DNA of 64,000 bases from Mustelus asterias (taxonomy: Eukaryota): the NCBI RefSeq assembly GCF_964213995.1, contig NC_135813.1:41354001-41418000 (forward strand). Direction: 5' to 3'. This document shows positions 48,871 to 61,886 of this stretch, piece by piece. Position 1 is the first letter of the stretch. Every line of letters starts with the position of its first letter. Position numbers and translations under genes: made by a program. Below the pieces are notes generated by a model. It was not told where the DNA came from, ran no database searches, and saw only the letters and a list, made by a program, of their open reading frames with translations.

Positions 48871-49589
48871 TTTTTTAAAAAGCCCAGACGGTGATGCGTC
48901 TGGGTCTTGGGGTCACGTTGTATGTTGGAGGCAATGACACCTTAAGGGCTGAACTCCTCAATGTGGGTCATTCAAGTGGGGTTAAGAACAACATCAAGAA
49001 GCTTAATTTGAAAGTCAAATGGTATCGAAAACTGTGGTTTTGACATGTGTTAAATACAATCATTACCATTTCTGAAAAGTAGGGAGCTGGGGGGGCGTGT
49101 GGGGGGGCGGGGGGGGGGGAGTGAGAGAATGAAGAGATAAATAGAGAGAAAGAGAGAGAAAACCCCAATATTCTGATATTAAATGTTGAGCTACATATCA
49201 ATTCATCAGTGAAGTTAATGATAAGTTACTGTGACATATTTAAACTAAGTTTGTAACCTCAATTATAAATTGCATAAATTAAAACTTAAATCGTTGCCTA
49301 TTTAAATGCTACTAATTGTGTTATTGTACAATGTTAATAAAGAAATAAACCATCAGAAAAATGATGGACGGTGCCATTGGCACTGCTATCAAGTGACACT
49401 CACTATTAACCTGCTCAGCAATGCTCAGCTTGGGTTCAGCCAGAGCCAATTGGCTCCAGATCCCATCACAGGCTTGACCTGAAGATGGATAAGAAAGCTG
49501 GTCTCAAGGAGATAGAGAGGGACTACCCTTAACATCAAAGCAGCAATGAATCAAATGTGCCATCAAGCAGGCTCAAAAAATTGAAGTCA

Positions 49590-50552
49590 ATGGGAATCGA
49601 GGGAATAACTTCCAATGGCTGGAGTCACACCCAGCACCGAGGGAAAAGGTTATGGTACATCGGCACAATATTGCAGATGTTGAAAACCTGAAATAAAAAC
49701 AGAAAATGCTGAAAACAGTCAGCAGAGAAGGCAGCCTCTGTGGAGAGAAACACATGGTTAATTTTTCAGGCTGATGACCATTGGGCAGACTGCAAAAGGG
49801 CTATGGATGTTGGAGGTCCATCAGTTCAGCCCCAGAACATCACTTCAGGTGTTTATTAGGGAAGTGTCCTCGGCCCAACCTCTCCGGTAGTTTCAACAAT
49901 GATCTGCCCTCCATCTCAAGGTCAGACATGAGGATGTTTCCAGTGTTCAATTTAATTCACAGTTCCTCAGATAATGAATCATAGAATAGAATCATAGAAT
50001 CCCTACAGTACAGAAGGAGGCCATTCGGCCCATCAAGCCTGCAGCAACAACAATCCCACCCAGGCGCTATCCCTGTAACCCCGCGTATTTACCTTACTAG
50101 TCTCCCTGACACTAAGGGGCAATTTAGCATGGCCAATCCACCTAACATGCACATCTTTGGACTCCAACAACACTCAAGAAGCTCCATCCAGATAAAGCAG
50201 CCCGCTTGATTGATTCTGCATCCACTACTTTAAACATCCACTCCCCCCATACACAATGACAGTGGTGTGTACCATCAACAAAGTACACAGCAGCAACTTT
50301 CCAAGGCTTCTTCAGCCTGTGGCTCTACCAGCTAGAAAGAGAAGGGCAGCGGACATGTGGGAGCACCACCATCTGCAGGATCCCCTCCAAGACACACATT
50401 ATTCTGATTTGTAAAAACACTCACTGTTCCGCTGAGCCAAAATCTCAAAACCCACTCCCTAACAGCACTGTAGGCGTATCTACATCACATGGATTCCATC
50501 AGTTCAAGAAGGCAGCTCACCACCACATACTCAAGGGCAATAAATGCTGGCT
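49590..50552 (+). mobile_element. Degenerate copy of the LINE family at 24770-26650, with nested Penelope-repeat (49665-49770) and HE1 (49980-50165) pieces
   Basis: ctccaacaacactcaagaagc...atccagataaagcagcccgcttgatt...ttcaagaaggcagctcaccaccac. Confidence 0.75.
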
Positions 50553-51259
50553 TCTCACTGATACTTGCATACCACATAGGAATAAATAAAAGTTAATGGG
50601 GGCTTTCTTATCAAAAACATTTTAAGTGCCAAACGAGCATGAAAATGGGAGGGAATCGCATCCATTGTATGGCATTTGGGAAAAAAAAGGCAAAGTGTGA
50701 CTCTCGCCAGCAGGGGGAGTGGGTGGACCTCATTCATGCCAGAAAGCCGGCTGCTGATCTGTAGGGCGCCATTGCGCACTGCATTGTATACAGCCAGATG
50801 AGTCAAAGAGCAGAATTTTCCTGGCCCCAAGGTGGTGGCCTTGAAGGTGGGTGGGCTGGGAAAATAAGATGCATGGCATGGGATGACTCTCCGATGCACT
50901 TCAGGGGATGTTTCCCGGAAGTGGGCAGGAATGTGGATTGGTTGATATCATAGTGGTTGGAAGCCAAAAAGCCAATTTACATTGGACCCTAGCTTCCTCA
51001 TAATGACAATCAGAGGTGGATTGCCACACCGTATGGACTAGTCTGCGCTTAAACTCAGAAGCACCACCCGCCTCACCCAACCGTCCTGACTCAGGCTGCA
51101 TGAGGCCCAAACAGCGAAGCACGTCCTCCGGCTCAAATTTCTAAGGTAAATAAATGTGTGTGGGGATGGAGATTTTGACATCGGGGGGAGGGAGGGACGC
51201 GTTTGGACATTGGGGACTGGGGAGTTTGGACATTGTGGAGTGTGGGAAATGGGGGAATC

Positions 51260-51577
51260 AAAGAATTCCTGCAGCGCAAGAGGAGGCCGTTCGGCCCATC
51301 GAGCCTGTACCAACAACAATCCCACCCAGGCCTAACCCCATAGCCCCATGTATTTACCCTACTAATCCCCCTGACATTAAGAAGCAATTTAGCATGGCCA
51401 ATCCACCGAACCCACACATCTTTGGACTGTGGGAGGAAACCTGAGCACCTGGAGGAAACCCATGCAGACACAGGGAGAACGTGCAAACTCCACACAGACA
51501 GTGACCCAAGCCGGTATTGAATCTGGGTCCCTGGCCCTGTGAGGCAGCAGTGCTAACTACTGTGCTACTGTGCCGCC
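51260..51577 (-). mobile_element. HE1-type V-SINE (type A)
   Basis: Reverse consensus. Confidence 0.87.
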
Positions 51578-51749
51578 AGGGAGGTGGGCATTCGGGAATG
51601 GGGGGGGTGGGGTGGATGTTCGGACGTTGGGTGGGGGGGGTGGGGGTGGGGGGGGCTGAGTTCAGACATACTGGGGTATTGGACATTGTGGGTAGGGAAA
51701 TTGGACTTGGTGGGGTGGAGATTTGGACACTGCGGGTGTTAGGCCAGGG

Positions 51750-52033
51750 TTTAAAGTTTATTTTTTAGTGTCACAAATAGGCTTACATTAACACTGCACT
51801 GAAGTTACCATGAAAATCCCCCAGTTGCCACACTTCGGCGCCTGGTCGGGTACAATGAGGGAGAATTTAGCATGGCCAATGCACCTAACCAGCATGTCTT
51901 TCAGACTGTGGGAGGAAACCGGAGCACCCGGAGGAAACCCACGCAGACACGGGGAGAACGTGCAAACTCTGCACAGACAGTCACCCAAGCTGGGAATTAA
52001 CCCAGGTCCATGGCATTATGAGGCAGCAGTTCT
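51750..52033 (-). mobile_element. V-SINE type B
   Basis: Reverse type B tail plus V-domain and head. Confidence 0.87.
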
Positions 52034-52944
52034 AACCACTGTGTCACCGTGCCATGGGCTGGGATGCTCAGTTGCGGGGGAGGTGTGGGGTGTCTCCGCG
52101 AGGTCGGGAGTGTTACTGGAATCCCATGCTCACTCGGTCTGGGTCTTCAAGATAACTAAGCTGAAGTTAGAGTAACCGAGTGCAAAACTGGCAGAACAAT
52201 CGACTTAGCGAGTTAAGTCACTTTGTTGGATGGTTTCCAGCCCAGCACAACTGTCCAGGGGAAGTTAGCCCTTCTGGACAATTGCAGGGTAAACCCTTAC
52301 ATGGAAACGTCAAAGGGGGATTCCCCAGGGCACCTTTGGGGTAATCCCCCCACCCATTGGTGAACCAGAAAGTACAGGCCATAACTAAAGCCCCAATAAG
52401 GCGCGATTTTCTGACTTTGCTGGCATTTTTCTGGTGGCAGAACAGCCACCTATGACATGCTCATAGGATCCAGAAAATATACCGCCTAAAGAAGTGGACA
52501 TGGGCATCAAAGACATCCAATGACTACAATTTTCCATGCTGAAGGCTTTCCCTTCCATTCAAAGGGACTTACAGCCTTCCCTGTGCTTAAATATTATTCG
52601 ATTTTCCAATCTGAGGTCCCCGACCTATCTCAGCAGCATCCACCTCCCCCAGTGAGGCTGCTGGGGCTCCAGAGCTGTGACTGGGCCAGCCGTACTGGCA
52701 GCTCCAGCACTGTCCTTAATTGGACGGTGAGCACGCAGGCAGCTAGTGAGGAGACTGCTTTGGGAAGATTGTGTTAGAGGGCCTACGGCCAGCAAGCGTG
52801 GTCTTGGGACTGCCCAGCTGATGTTATATCGATCCCAAGCCAGTTGGTGAAGTATTAAGGTTGACACTAATACTTCTGATGAAGGGTCTATTCGAAGGAT
52901 GCAGTGTTACATATGTCTGCTTCATACTTACCAGCCCAGTGTCC

Positions 52945-53700
52945 CAGCTCCGATGAAGGGTCAGCCAGATTCTAAACGTTGGTTCTACTCTCTCTCCACT
53001 ATGCTGTCAGACCTGCTGAGTTTCTCCAGAATTTTCTGATTTTATAAGCGCTCTAAGTACTTAATTAAACAATGCACTTCATCTGTGTATCTTAATGAAT
53101 GTGCCATTAACATTCGGTTCCAATGTCAGGGCTTGAAACCATGATAATATCCTGCCTCATTCAGACGCCAGGAGCTGGAGTATTTTACACAATCAGTGCG
53201 ACAAGCACTTTTGGTTTATTCATGAAACCCATTTCTTCAGGTGATAAAGCTACAGGCTTTGTTATAATTAACCCACGTTTTAATGGCACACAAAACCCTG
53301 TGGTAGAAACTCTTACCTTGTAAGATAATGCAAAGGTCACTGCTAAACAAGTACTTCTTTCTCTTGTTGATAAAGTGAAAGCAATTCTGATGCTGAATGG
53401 ACTAAAAAATTTCCCAGCATGGAACTGTCGAACAGTTTGTGTATCAGAGTCATGATGGGGAAGGTCTGCAATATTGCACTGTAATGTATTATGGTGAAGC
53501 AAATTACACTTTCAGCTACGCGCAACGGTGTGTGCCGATTTCCACAGCACTGTCGGGGCAATCCCATTTACATAAAAGCAAAATACTGCGGATGCTGGAA
53601 TCGGAAACAAAAACAGAAAATGCTGGAGAAACTCAGCAGGTCTGACAGCATCTGTGGAGAGAGAACGTTTCACGTCAGGATGACCCTTTATCAGAGCGCC
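52945..53700. repeat. Two opposed Penelope terminal-repeat relics (52945-53045 +, 53575-53700 -)
   Basis: tgctgtcagacctgctgagtttctccag versus ctggagaaactcagcaggtctgacagca. Confidence 0.78.
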
Positions 53701-56060
53701 AAATCCCACTTACAATCCATCGTTAGCAACTTGCCAAACATTACATGGCAGCTAAAACTTGAAATAGAATTGTTAAGTCAATGAAATTACGTGACAAATT
53801 CATTATTCATTTCACAGTTTTCTTCTGTTTCCTTCGACACAGGTTGGTCAGTACATTCCAGGCTGCTCCTTGCGAAAAAAAAAACTGAGGTCACGGTGTT
53901 AAGAATTCGCCGGGTGCCTTTAGATTAATCCAATCATTCACCAATCGCAGCCTTTTTGCAACTTCAAACATTCACATGTTTGTCATCCGCCCCTTCGCAG
54001 TCTGCATCCACCTCTTTTGCTGCCAGACTGTCTTACCCACCTGTGCCACCTTCAGACTTGGTGGCTCCAACACCCCTTTTACTGCCCTCCAAAGCCAGCA
54101 TCTCCAGAATTCCATCGTTACGGTTTTGCCTGCACTCAGCCCTGCTAGCCCATCATTCTCTTCCCCACAAAGCTACACTGCCTGCCGCGTTGGGTTACAA
54201 AGACAGTGACATGACCATAATGCGATCAGCCCTTTGATGAAATGCAGGCTGAGATAATGAGCTCACGCTGAACACTGTGTTGACACACGGTCAATCCACC
54301 AATTTTCCTTTCAGATGCTACAATCTTTGAAGTTTTGCGGCACCTCATTTAAAATGTTCATCAGCTGGAGGAAATCAGAACAAAAATACATTCTTCCAGT
54401 TCAAGTTAAAAAAAAATGAAGGTAGAATGGTAAAATCTGCATTCCACTTGCTATAAATGTTGTGCAGTGAATCTCCATAGAATAGATCTTTATAAATATA
54501 ATGAGGCAATTACACTGGGTAACATTTTGCATGCCAATGCCAACTCTGCTATAGAGCAGTGCCAAGGGTAGAGAGCCAATGTAATAGATTTCTAAACTAA
54601 ACAGAAGACAATTCTCCAATGTAGGCATTGATATGATAGGGAAAATATTTCAATATAATTGAAGCCAATTTTGATTGTGACCACTTAATTATATCACACT
54701 ACTGTGTCACTTGTTCTTCTCATAAATGGGTTGGAAGTAAATGTGGGACAAAGATACTGCAAATGAGTAAACATGTTGGAAAGGTTCCCAGAATGTCGCT
54801 GAAGCCCGTTACTGTTGGTGGTGTTAACAAGTGCAGCTCACTCACTGATCAAGTTGTCCCACATATCAGACTCATAACCTACAACAGTCCTGCCCGAGGC
54901 TCATTTTTAGTGATTTACTGGTGGACTCCAATGAAAACATTGGTCATTTGTAACAGGTTATGGCTCAAGGAAACATGAAATGCCATTAGACAGGCAAAGG
55001 GCGCGTACTTGAAAAGATAAACGATTGCTGGGCCAAGGGGTAAGAACAGGGGAGTGGGACTAATTGGATGGTGCTTTCACAGAGCCATTAAAAACACAAT
55101 GATCTCCTTCTGTGCTGCAGGATTATATAAAGCAGAGCTGTAAAATAGCACGAAAAGTACAATAGCAAATTAACTGGTATCCTTGTGGCATAGGAGATTG
55201 TAACAGCAGGGTACAATAGCAGCAGTGTTAACACAGCTCTGTTAAAGACAGGAGAAGCACATTGACACTTCAAGGCGTGCGGAAACCCTTTGACAGCCAA
55301 TTCTAAAATATATCAAACCCCAAATTTATTCAGAGAAGGGGGGGGGAGCAAAATCAGTAGCACATGACTCTGCAGCAATCCCAATTTTGTTTCCTAGGTG
55401 ATGAAACAATATATTATGATAGTGATTTAAGGGGCGTCTGGACAAATACATGAATAGGATGGGAATAGAGGGATATGGCCCCGGAAGAGTAGGGGGTTTT
55501 AGTTCAGATGGGCAGCATGGTCGGTGCAGGCATGGAGGGCCGAGAGGCTTGTTCCTATGCTGTTATTTTCTTTGTTCTTTGTTATATTCTCACAGCAAAG
55601 GGTGGTCCTCAGTTCTTTGATCAGGACATTTAAAAATCTCCTTCCAACTCCAATTATTGGTAAAGAGTTACATGTTTCCCAAGCCAGAAATAAAAATGAG
55701 TGAAACAAAATGTGTACAACTGTTTTGTGTGTTAAAATTAAAATGTGCGAACTTCCACTGTTGGCATGGATAGATTGTCTAACCAGTGACATTAGTGGCA
55801 TCAGGTTAGAGAGTCCTTTCATAACACTGGTCACTGCAGAACAAACATTTGGTATGGTTAGTCTTCACACTCAGGAATAGGGGTTTGATGGGCCAAATTG
55901 CCTCTTCTACACATGAAATTCACTGTTCTCCTAATTACGACACTTTGGGGAAACTAGCTTGAAGTCAGGAGTGAAATAACCAACCAGTTAGCTATTCAAT
56001 CACTCAGGTTAACTGAGCCCGTTTCTGACCTCCTCCTCCCTTGACCAATTCCCACCTTTT

Positions 56061-56100
56061 TAAATATAGAAAATTGCAGTTAAATATAGAAAATTGCAGT
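56061..56100. repeat. Perfect 20-bp tandem duplication
   Basis: taaatatagaaaattgcagt x2. Confidence 0.95.
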
Positions 56101-56116
56101 TATAACTGTGTCATAC

Positions 56117-56398
56117 CTTGTAAACTGAGATTGTCCGGATCATTCAGGTTGTCAAAGAGCGGTGCATAGTCTCCATAGAATTCGGAATAACCACCCATCT
56201 CATCACCTCGGACAGAGCCGACAGAAGAGGAGGAATGCACAGAGCACTGGGATTGGCTTAGCCTCGCGCAGGTGACCAAATTGCTCACGTTGACTTTCAG
56301 ATTGTTTGTACCTTCTTTTGGAGGGGTGCCTTTGTGGCGACCGTTTTTATTGTTCGCTTGTGGTGTCGGCAAGGCGTCCTTCCCTGAATCTTTGTCAT
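56117..56398 (-). CDS. ABCA2: ABCA2 exon (282 nt): (D)DKDSGKDALPTPQ...SSVGSVRGDEMGGYSEFYGDYAPLFDNLNDPDNLSLQ
   Basis: Overlaps ORF 56100..56372; acceptor ttgaAG at 56400-56399, donor GTATGA at 56116; phase 1/1. Confidence 0.92.
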
Positions 56399-57447
56399 CT
56401 TCAAGAAATCAAAAACAACCCTTGTATGTTTGAGATATTCCAAATATTTCCACTTATCATGCAGCTTTTGCAATTTTCACTTGTTTTTTGTGGGAGGGAG
56501 AATCAGGTAAACATCCGGGTGGAAACATTTTTAGGTTATAATTTATATGCCACAAGGGTGCTGGCATTGCACACAGTAAGATCCCACTGTGTTTAGTGGG
56601 ATCCCACAGCATTACAATAAAGCGCCAGGTAACTATTTTTAAAGTGAGGGATAAATATAGGACAAGACACCAAGAGAACAGCCCTGTTCTTCATTGAAAT
56701 ATTCTGATGTCTACTGGAGAGGACACACAGGAGCTTGGTTTCATCTGCAAGGGGTAAGAACAGGGGAATGGGAAGTGCAGCACTTCCTCGGTGCTGCACT
56801 AAAGTTCCAGCCTAGATTATGCATTCAGGTCTCAGGGGTTTGAACCCACAATGTTCTGACTCAGAGGTGAGCATGAACCAAGTCTGAGACCAAATGTGTT
56901 CATAATTTCAAGTCTCTGGCATGATGCATGAAAATGGTTCCTTGGTCAAAGGTGCTTCCCCTTCATAACTAAGTGTGCTAAGCCACAAAGGTCAGGTTTA
57001 ACTTCCATCTGTGTCGAGATAGCTGACTGCATTTGGAATGCCATGCCTTCACAACTTCCAAGCTTGGGAAGGAAAGGTTGCCAGAATTTTCACTCCAGAT
57101 TAGGTGGATTGGCCATGCTAAGGGTGGCACGGTAGCACAGTGGTTAGCACTGCTGCCTCACAGCACCAAGGACCCAGGTTCGATTCCAATGGGCCGAATG
57201 GCCTTCTTCTGCACTGTAGGGATTCTATTCTATTCTATGATTATTTCCAATCCTACATTTGTGCATGTCAGGCTGTGACAACTTACAACTCTGCTGGAAT
57301 GCCTCTCATGTTCAACCATCCTCTGAGACTAACACTTCAACAGATAACTGTGTGCAAATAGCACCTCTGTCATCAGACCCCAGGATGATTGAGTGGTTGA
57401 ATAGTGGAGAGAAGAATTTGTGGAAAAAGGAAAATAAAGCTGATCTG

Positions 57448-57735
57448 GGTGGCACGGTGGCTAGCACTGCAGCTTCACAGCGCCAGGGACTCGGGTTCAA
57501 TTCCCAGCTTGGGTCTGTGTGGAGTTTGCGCATTCTCCCCGTGTCTGCGTGGGTTTCCTCCGGGTGCTCCGGTTTCTTCCCACAGTCTAAAAAACGTGCT
57601 GGTTAGGTGCATTGGCCATGCTAAATTCTCCCTCGGCATACCTGAACAGGCGTCGGAGTGTGGCGACTAGGGGATTTTCACAGTAACTTCATTGCAGTGT
57701 TAATGTAAGCCTACTTGTGACACCAGTAAATAAGT
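57448..57735 (+). mobile_element. V-SINE type B (a rearranged type A piece lies at 57100-57240)
   Basis: Head, V-domain and type B tail. Confidence 0.86.
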
Positions 57736-57983
57736 TACAAACTGGATCAAGAACTAGGTTGCTCCAGTTTCCTTACAACTCTGCAAAGCATCTTAAAAGC
57801 ACCAGTTTTCTATGAAGTACTCTTGCAGGTTGTTGTTACCGTTTGAATTAATAAGCCATTTTGGCTACTCTCAAATATTTTTCTTTGTTTAATTGACACA
57901 GGGTGACTGTGATTAAGCAAGATTGAGATTAAATGTAATAACGGAGAGTAAAATATGCCACACACCAGTTCTTTCATATTTAC

Positions 57984-58104
57984 CTATGTCACTGTTCTCC
58001 AGTGACTGATCTTCTTCAGAAACCTTCAGAAAAACCTCCTCCAGTGTGGTGTCCATCAAACCAAAACTAGTCAGATTCAGGTCCTCCAGGTTCAGATCCA
58101 GGGC
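57984..58104 (-). CDS. ABCA2: ABCA2 exon (121 nt): [40 protein letters not shown]
   Basis: ABCA-family motif [11 protein letters not shown]; acceptor gacAG at 58106-58105, donor GTAAAT at 57983; phase 0/1. Confidence 0.95.
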
Positions 58105-58849
58105 CTGTCAGGGAAAACCGTTATTTTAGTTTACTCGGTCACCTAGCTCTGCTGCGGAGGTGCAAGTGGTAGCTTCCCCTTGGGATTCTCAGAGAAATCC
58201 ATTGTTTGTATCAGAATGTGTCAACAAGGTGTTGTTACTGAATGGACTAGCCCTCCTTTCCCACATGCTACACCATTAGAGTACATCTAGGCCAGAAATT
58301 CAAGGTATGCAGAGCAATTGGATTAGTTAAATTAAATTTCTCCTCCAACCTTATTGATCTTTGATTTAGTATGTGAACATTTCTACTATGTGGCTTAAGC
58401 TTTTGTTGGTCAAAATCAGCTTCAAAGCCAAAAGATGGAGATTTTAAAAAATATATTCATTCAAAGGACATGGGCATCGCCGGCTGGCCAGCATTTATTG
58501 CACATCCCTAGTTGCCTGAGGGTAGTTGAGAGGCAACCACACTGCTGTGGCTCTGGAGTCACATGTAGGCCAGGCCAGGTAAAGACGGCAGATTTCCTTC
58601 CCTAAAATACATTAGTGAACCAGATGGATTTTTCCGACAGTCGACAATGGTTTCATGGTCATCAGTAGATTCTGAATTCCAGATGTTTTTAATGGAATTC
58701 AAATTCCACCATCTGCCGTGCCGGAATTCGAACCCGAGTCCCCAAAACATTGGCTGAGTTTCTGGATTAATAGTCTAGTAGTAATACCACTAGGCCATCG
58801 CCTCCCTCTAATATACCTGGTCCCCCCATGCCGACACTATAGTTACGAA

Positions 58850-59405
58850 AGCCCACCAACGCCACTACTTTCTCAGAAGACTAAGGAAATTTGGCATGCC
58901 AGCTACGACTCTCACCAACTTTTACAGATGCACCATAGAAAGCATTCTTTCTGGTTGTATCACAGCTTGGTATGGGCTCCTGCTCTGTCCAAGGCCGCAA
59001 GGAATGACAAAAGGTCGTGAATGCAGCCCAATCCATCACGCAAACCAGCCTCCCATCCATTCTACACTTCCCCACTGCCTCGGCAAAGCAGCCAGCATAA
59101 TTAAGGACCCCAGGCACCCCGGACATTCTCTCTTCCGCCTTCTTCCTTTGGGAAAAATATATAAAAGTCTGAGGTCACGTACCAACCGACTCAAGAACAG
59201 CTTCTTCCCTGCTGCTGTCAGACTTTTGAATGGACTTACCTTGCATTAAGTTGATCTTTCTCTACACCCTAGCTATGAATGTAACACTACATTCTTCACC
59301 CTCTCCTTTCCTTCTCTATGAACGGTATGTTTTGTCTGTATAGCACACAAGAAACAATATTTTTCTCTGTATGTTAATACGTGTGACAATAATAAATCAA
59401 ATCAA
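58850..59405 (+). mobile_element. Rex1/Babar LINE 3' fragment
   Basis: ATTLTNFYRCTIESILSGCITAWYG...RTNRLKNSFFPAAVRLLN; ends gtgacaataataaatcaaatc. Confidence 0.9.
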
Positions 59406-59798
59406 TATAGAATATATCAATTCCAGCCCAGAGATACTGCAATGGACAACTAGAACACCGCAGCCCCTTTTAAGCCAAGCACGACAGCAGAGACTTTTCA
59501 AGCAGCACATTTCAGCAGAGTCCATTTATACCTCAAACTATTTAAACAGCACACAAAAGCAAACAGAATATATTTAAATACTGATGATCAGAAAATAGTT
59601 TATTTAAACAGTACACTACGGCAAACATTATCTATTTAAGCAGTGCACTATGGCAAACTGCTCAAATGAGCAGTGGCTATGCTAGTTCACTGGTTACCAA
59701 TCCAGTGGACTGGACTAGTGAACTGGAGATTTGAGTTCAACTTCCACCATGACAACTGGGGAATTTAAAATTTATTGTATCTGGGAAAAAAAAGCTAG

Positions 59799-60760
59799 TG
59801 GCTGGGATTCTCCCCAAAAAATTCAAAGTGCAGAATTTGCGTCAAAACGGGAGTAACTCCCGCTGTTTCTCTGAGCGGAATTTTCAAAGTGAATCTCCCA
59901 CACTCTGTGCACTGCATGTGCCTCAGGGAGATTCATGCTGAAAATCAGTGGGGAGAGCCTATTCCTATTGGAGAGGCCGGCAGCTTAGCATTGAACGGGG
60001 CACTGCGCATGTGCTGATCTGTCGGAGCAGAGATCGGCGCATGCGCAGTAATCCCGCACTGTGGGCTTCCCGATCGCTGCCCAGCCCCATGACCTCACAT
60101 CACTGCTCCTCCAACCCCCCCCACCACCCGATCGCTGGGCAGCACAGCAACCCCCCCATCACTGACTGGGAGCCCCCCACCCCCTAATCGCTGGCCTCCT
60201 GGATGTCTCCGGGCCAGCCCCAATACTACAACCCCTCCCCCGGCAGTACTGATCATCCCCTTCCCTCCCTCTGCCATTGATCCTTATGCAGAGTGACAGG
60301 ATGCCCCACCCCCACCAATCAACCCCTCATAGGTCTGACCTCCTCTGGCCCCGTCCCCTTATCACTACCCGTTGCCTGGTGGGCAGTGCCAAGGTACCCT
60401 TTGGGCATTTTCAGTTTGCCCCTTGGGTAGTGTCAGGGGGCCAGGCTGGCACTGCCAGGCTGGCAATGCCCAGGGGGCACCCCCCCATTACCCCATACCA
60501 CCTGGGGAGGCCTCCATGGTACCCATTAGCGGGGAGCTGTTGTAAACCCCACTGGAGTGAACGACACCAGGCCGGTGGGGGTGGGGGAAGAAGGAGAGGC
60601 ATCAGTCCTGGAGACTTCAGTCCCGGACCCGATGATAAGGTTTAAATGAGGGTTTTAATATTCAAATCAAATCAATTCTTGCTCAGGCTCAAGGGACCTT
60701 TAAGTGGTCCACCAGATTTTCTGTCCCGCCCGTTACGTTTCCTGCAGAGATTTTCAGCCC
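59799..60760. mobile_element. GC-rich non-autonomous DNA-transposon-like element (~960 bp)
   Basis: Imperfect TIRs ggctgggattctc / gagattttcagccc; sharp GC shift; no transposase ORF. Confidence 0.55.
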
Positions 60761-60842
60761 AAGTGTTATTTATAAAAGGAACTCAGCTTCTAATTATTGT
60801 GTTCCCATTATAGGGTTAGGGTATAAGAGGAGGCAGCATTAC

Positions 60843-61018
60843 CTGGAAAAGCCTCTCAAAGCATCCTTTCTTCACAGCTTCTGATGGCAGAATGTAAGAT
60901 ATCTCCGTGTTGGTGTCTGAGATCAGTATGGTGGACACAACATACTTTTTAATAAACTGGCTGACCTTGGTCTCCAAGCAGGAAGAGCGCGATGAAGGGC
61001 TGAGATCTTGGCCCGAAT
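60843..61018 (-). CDS. ABCA2: ABCA2 exon (176 nt): (D)[26 protein letters not shown]...[19 protein letters not shown]
   Basis: Within ORF 60816..61031; acceptor ctttt-AG at 61020-61019, donor GTAATG at 60842; phase 1/0. Confidence 0.95.
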
Positions 61019-61703
61019 CTAAAAGATACAAAGTAGGAAAAAATATTGAATGTATTACTTATAAAAAGGGACATGCTGTTGAAGCTTTGCATCTTGCACT
61101 CATCAGGACAAATGCAAGAATGCCAAATTTCAAAGGAAACAACAACACTTACTGCTTCAGAGAAGGATCTAGTATAAATTGCTGCTCCTTTTGAAATTTG
61201 ACATTCTTTTATCTGTCTTGATGAGTGCAAGATGCAAAGCTTCAACGACATGTCTCTTTACCCAGCAACTACCTAGCGAATACCTAATGAAATTTCTTGT
61301 GTGTAGTGTGCTCTACTTGTAAGTGACACACTCTGCACTTCCACGATGTGGATAAGACCTATATTGTAATTGGAATTGAATAGAATCCCTACAGTGCAGA
61401 AGGCAACCATTTGGCCCATTGAGGCTACACCGTCAACAATCAGGCCCTATCCCCGTAACCCCGCATATTTCCCCAGCTCATCTCCCTGACACTAAGGGGC
61501 AATTTAGCATGGCCAATCCACCTAACCCGCACATCTTTGGAGTGTGGGAGGAAACTGGAGCACCCTTCATTGAAGTCCTAATCAGTGCACAATAGGCTGC
61601 ACTCCAATCAGGTCCCAAGAGTATGGGCTTGGTGGAGTTTTGGTGAGAGACACCAATTTGATTGATTCAGCGCCGCAGAATCGCTACCTCGTATGTGACT
61701 AAC

Positions 61704-61886
61704 CTGGGCTAGTCTGAGAGTCCGGCTGCTTTTTCACCACTGTCAGCTTGTAGCCATCCCCGTAGGTGCTCTTGAGGAACAGAGGTGACCCACAGCACTT
61801 CAACTTCCCATGTGAGATTATTGCAATGCGGTCCCCCAGAAGATCAGCTTCGTCCATGTAATGTGTGGACAGGAGGATTGTCCGGC
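61704..61886 (-). CDS. ABCA2: ABCA2 exon (183 nt): (G)[60 protein letters not shown]; NBD1 H-loop
   Basis: Translated by hand (absent from the ORF track); acceptor ttgcAG at 61888-61887, donor GTTAGT at 61703; phase 1/1. Confidence 0.95.

Larger units (their letters stand above)
1681..61886 (-). other. ABCA2: ABCA2 gene, internal portion (13 coding exons, 2194 nt); both ends outside the window
   Basis: The spliced exons give one continuous frame matching remembered vertebrate ABCA2 ([33 protein letters not shown], [63 protein letters not shown]). All 12 introns are GT-AG with matching phases. Confidence 0.96.

Noticed and set aside
49083-49120. G-rich tracts (also 51600-51657) as functional G-quadruplexes
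   Set aside because: Low-complexity or repeat-associated G runs with no independent evidence of function.
54030-54185. Possible extra ABCA2 cassette exon (minus-strand donor-like CAG|GTGGGTAAG near 54040)
   Set aside because: The acceptors I tried near 54172-54183 give in-frame stops in the required phase. An inner AG lacks a pyrimidine tract. The flanking exons already join into a complete ABCA2 sequence.
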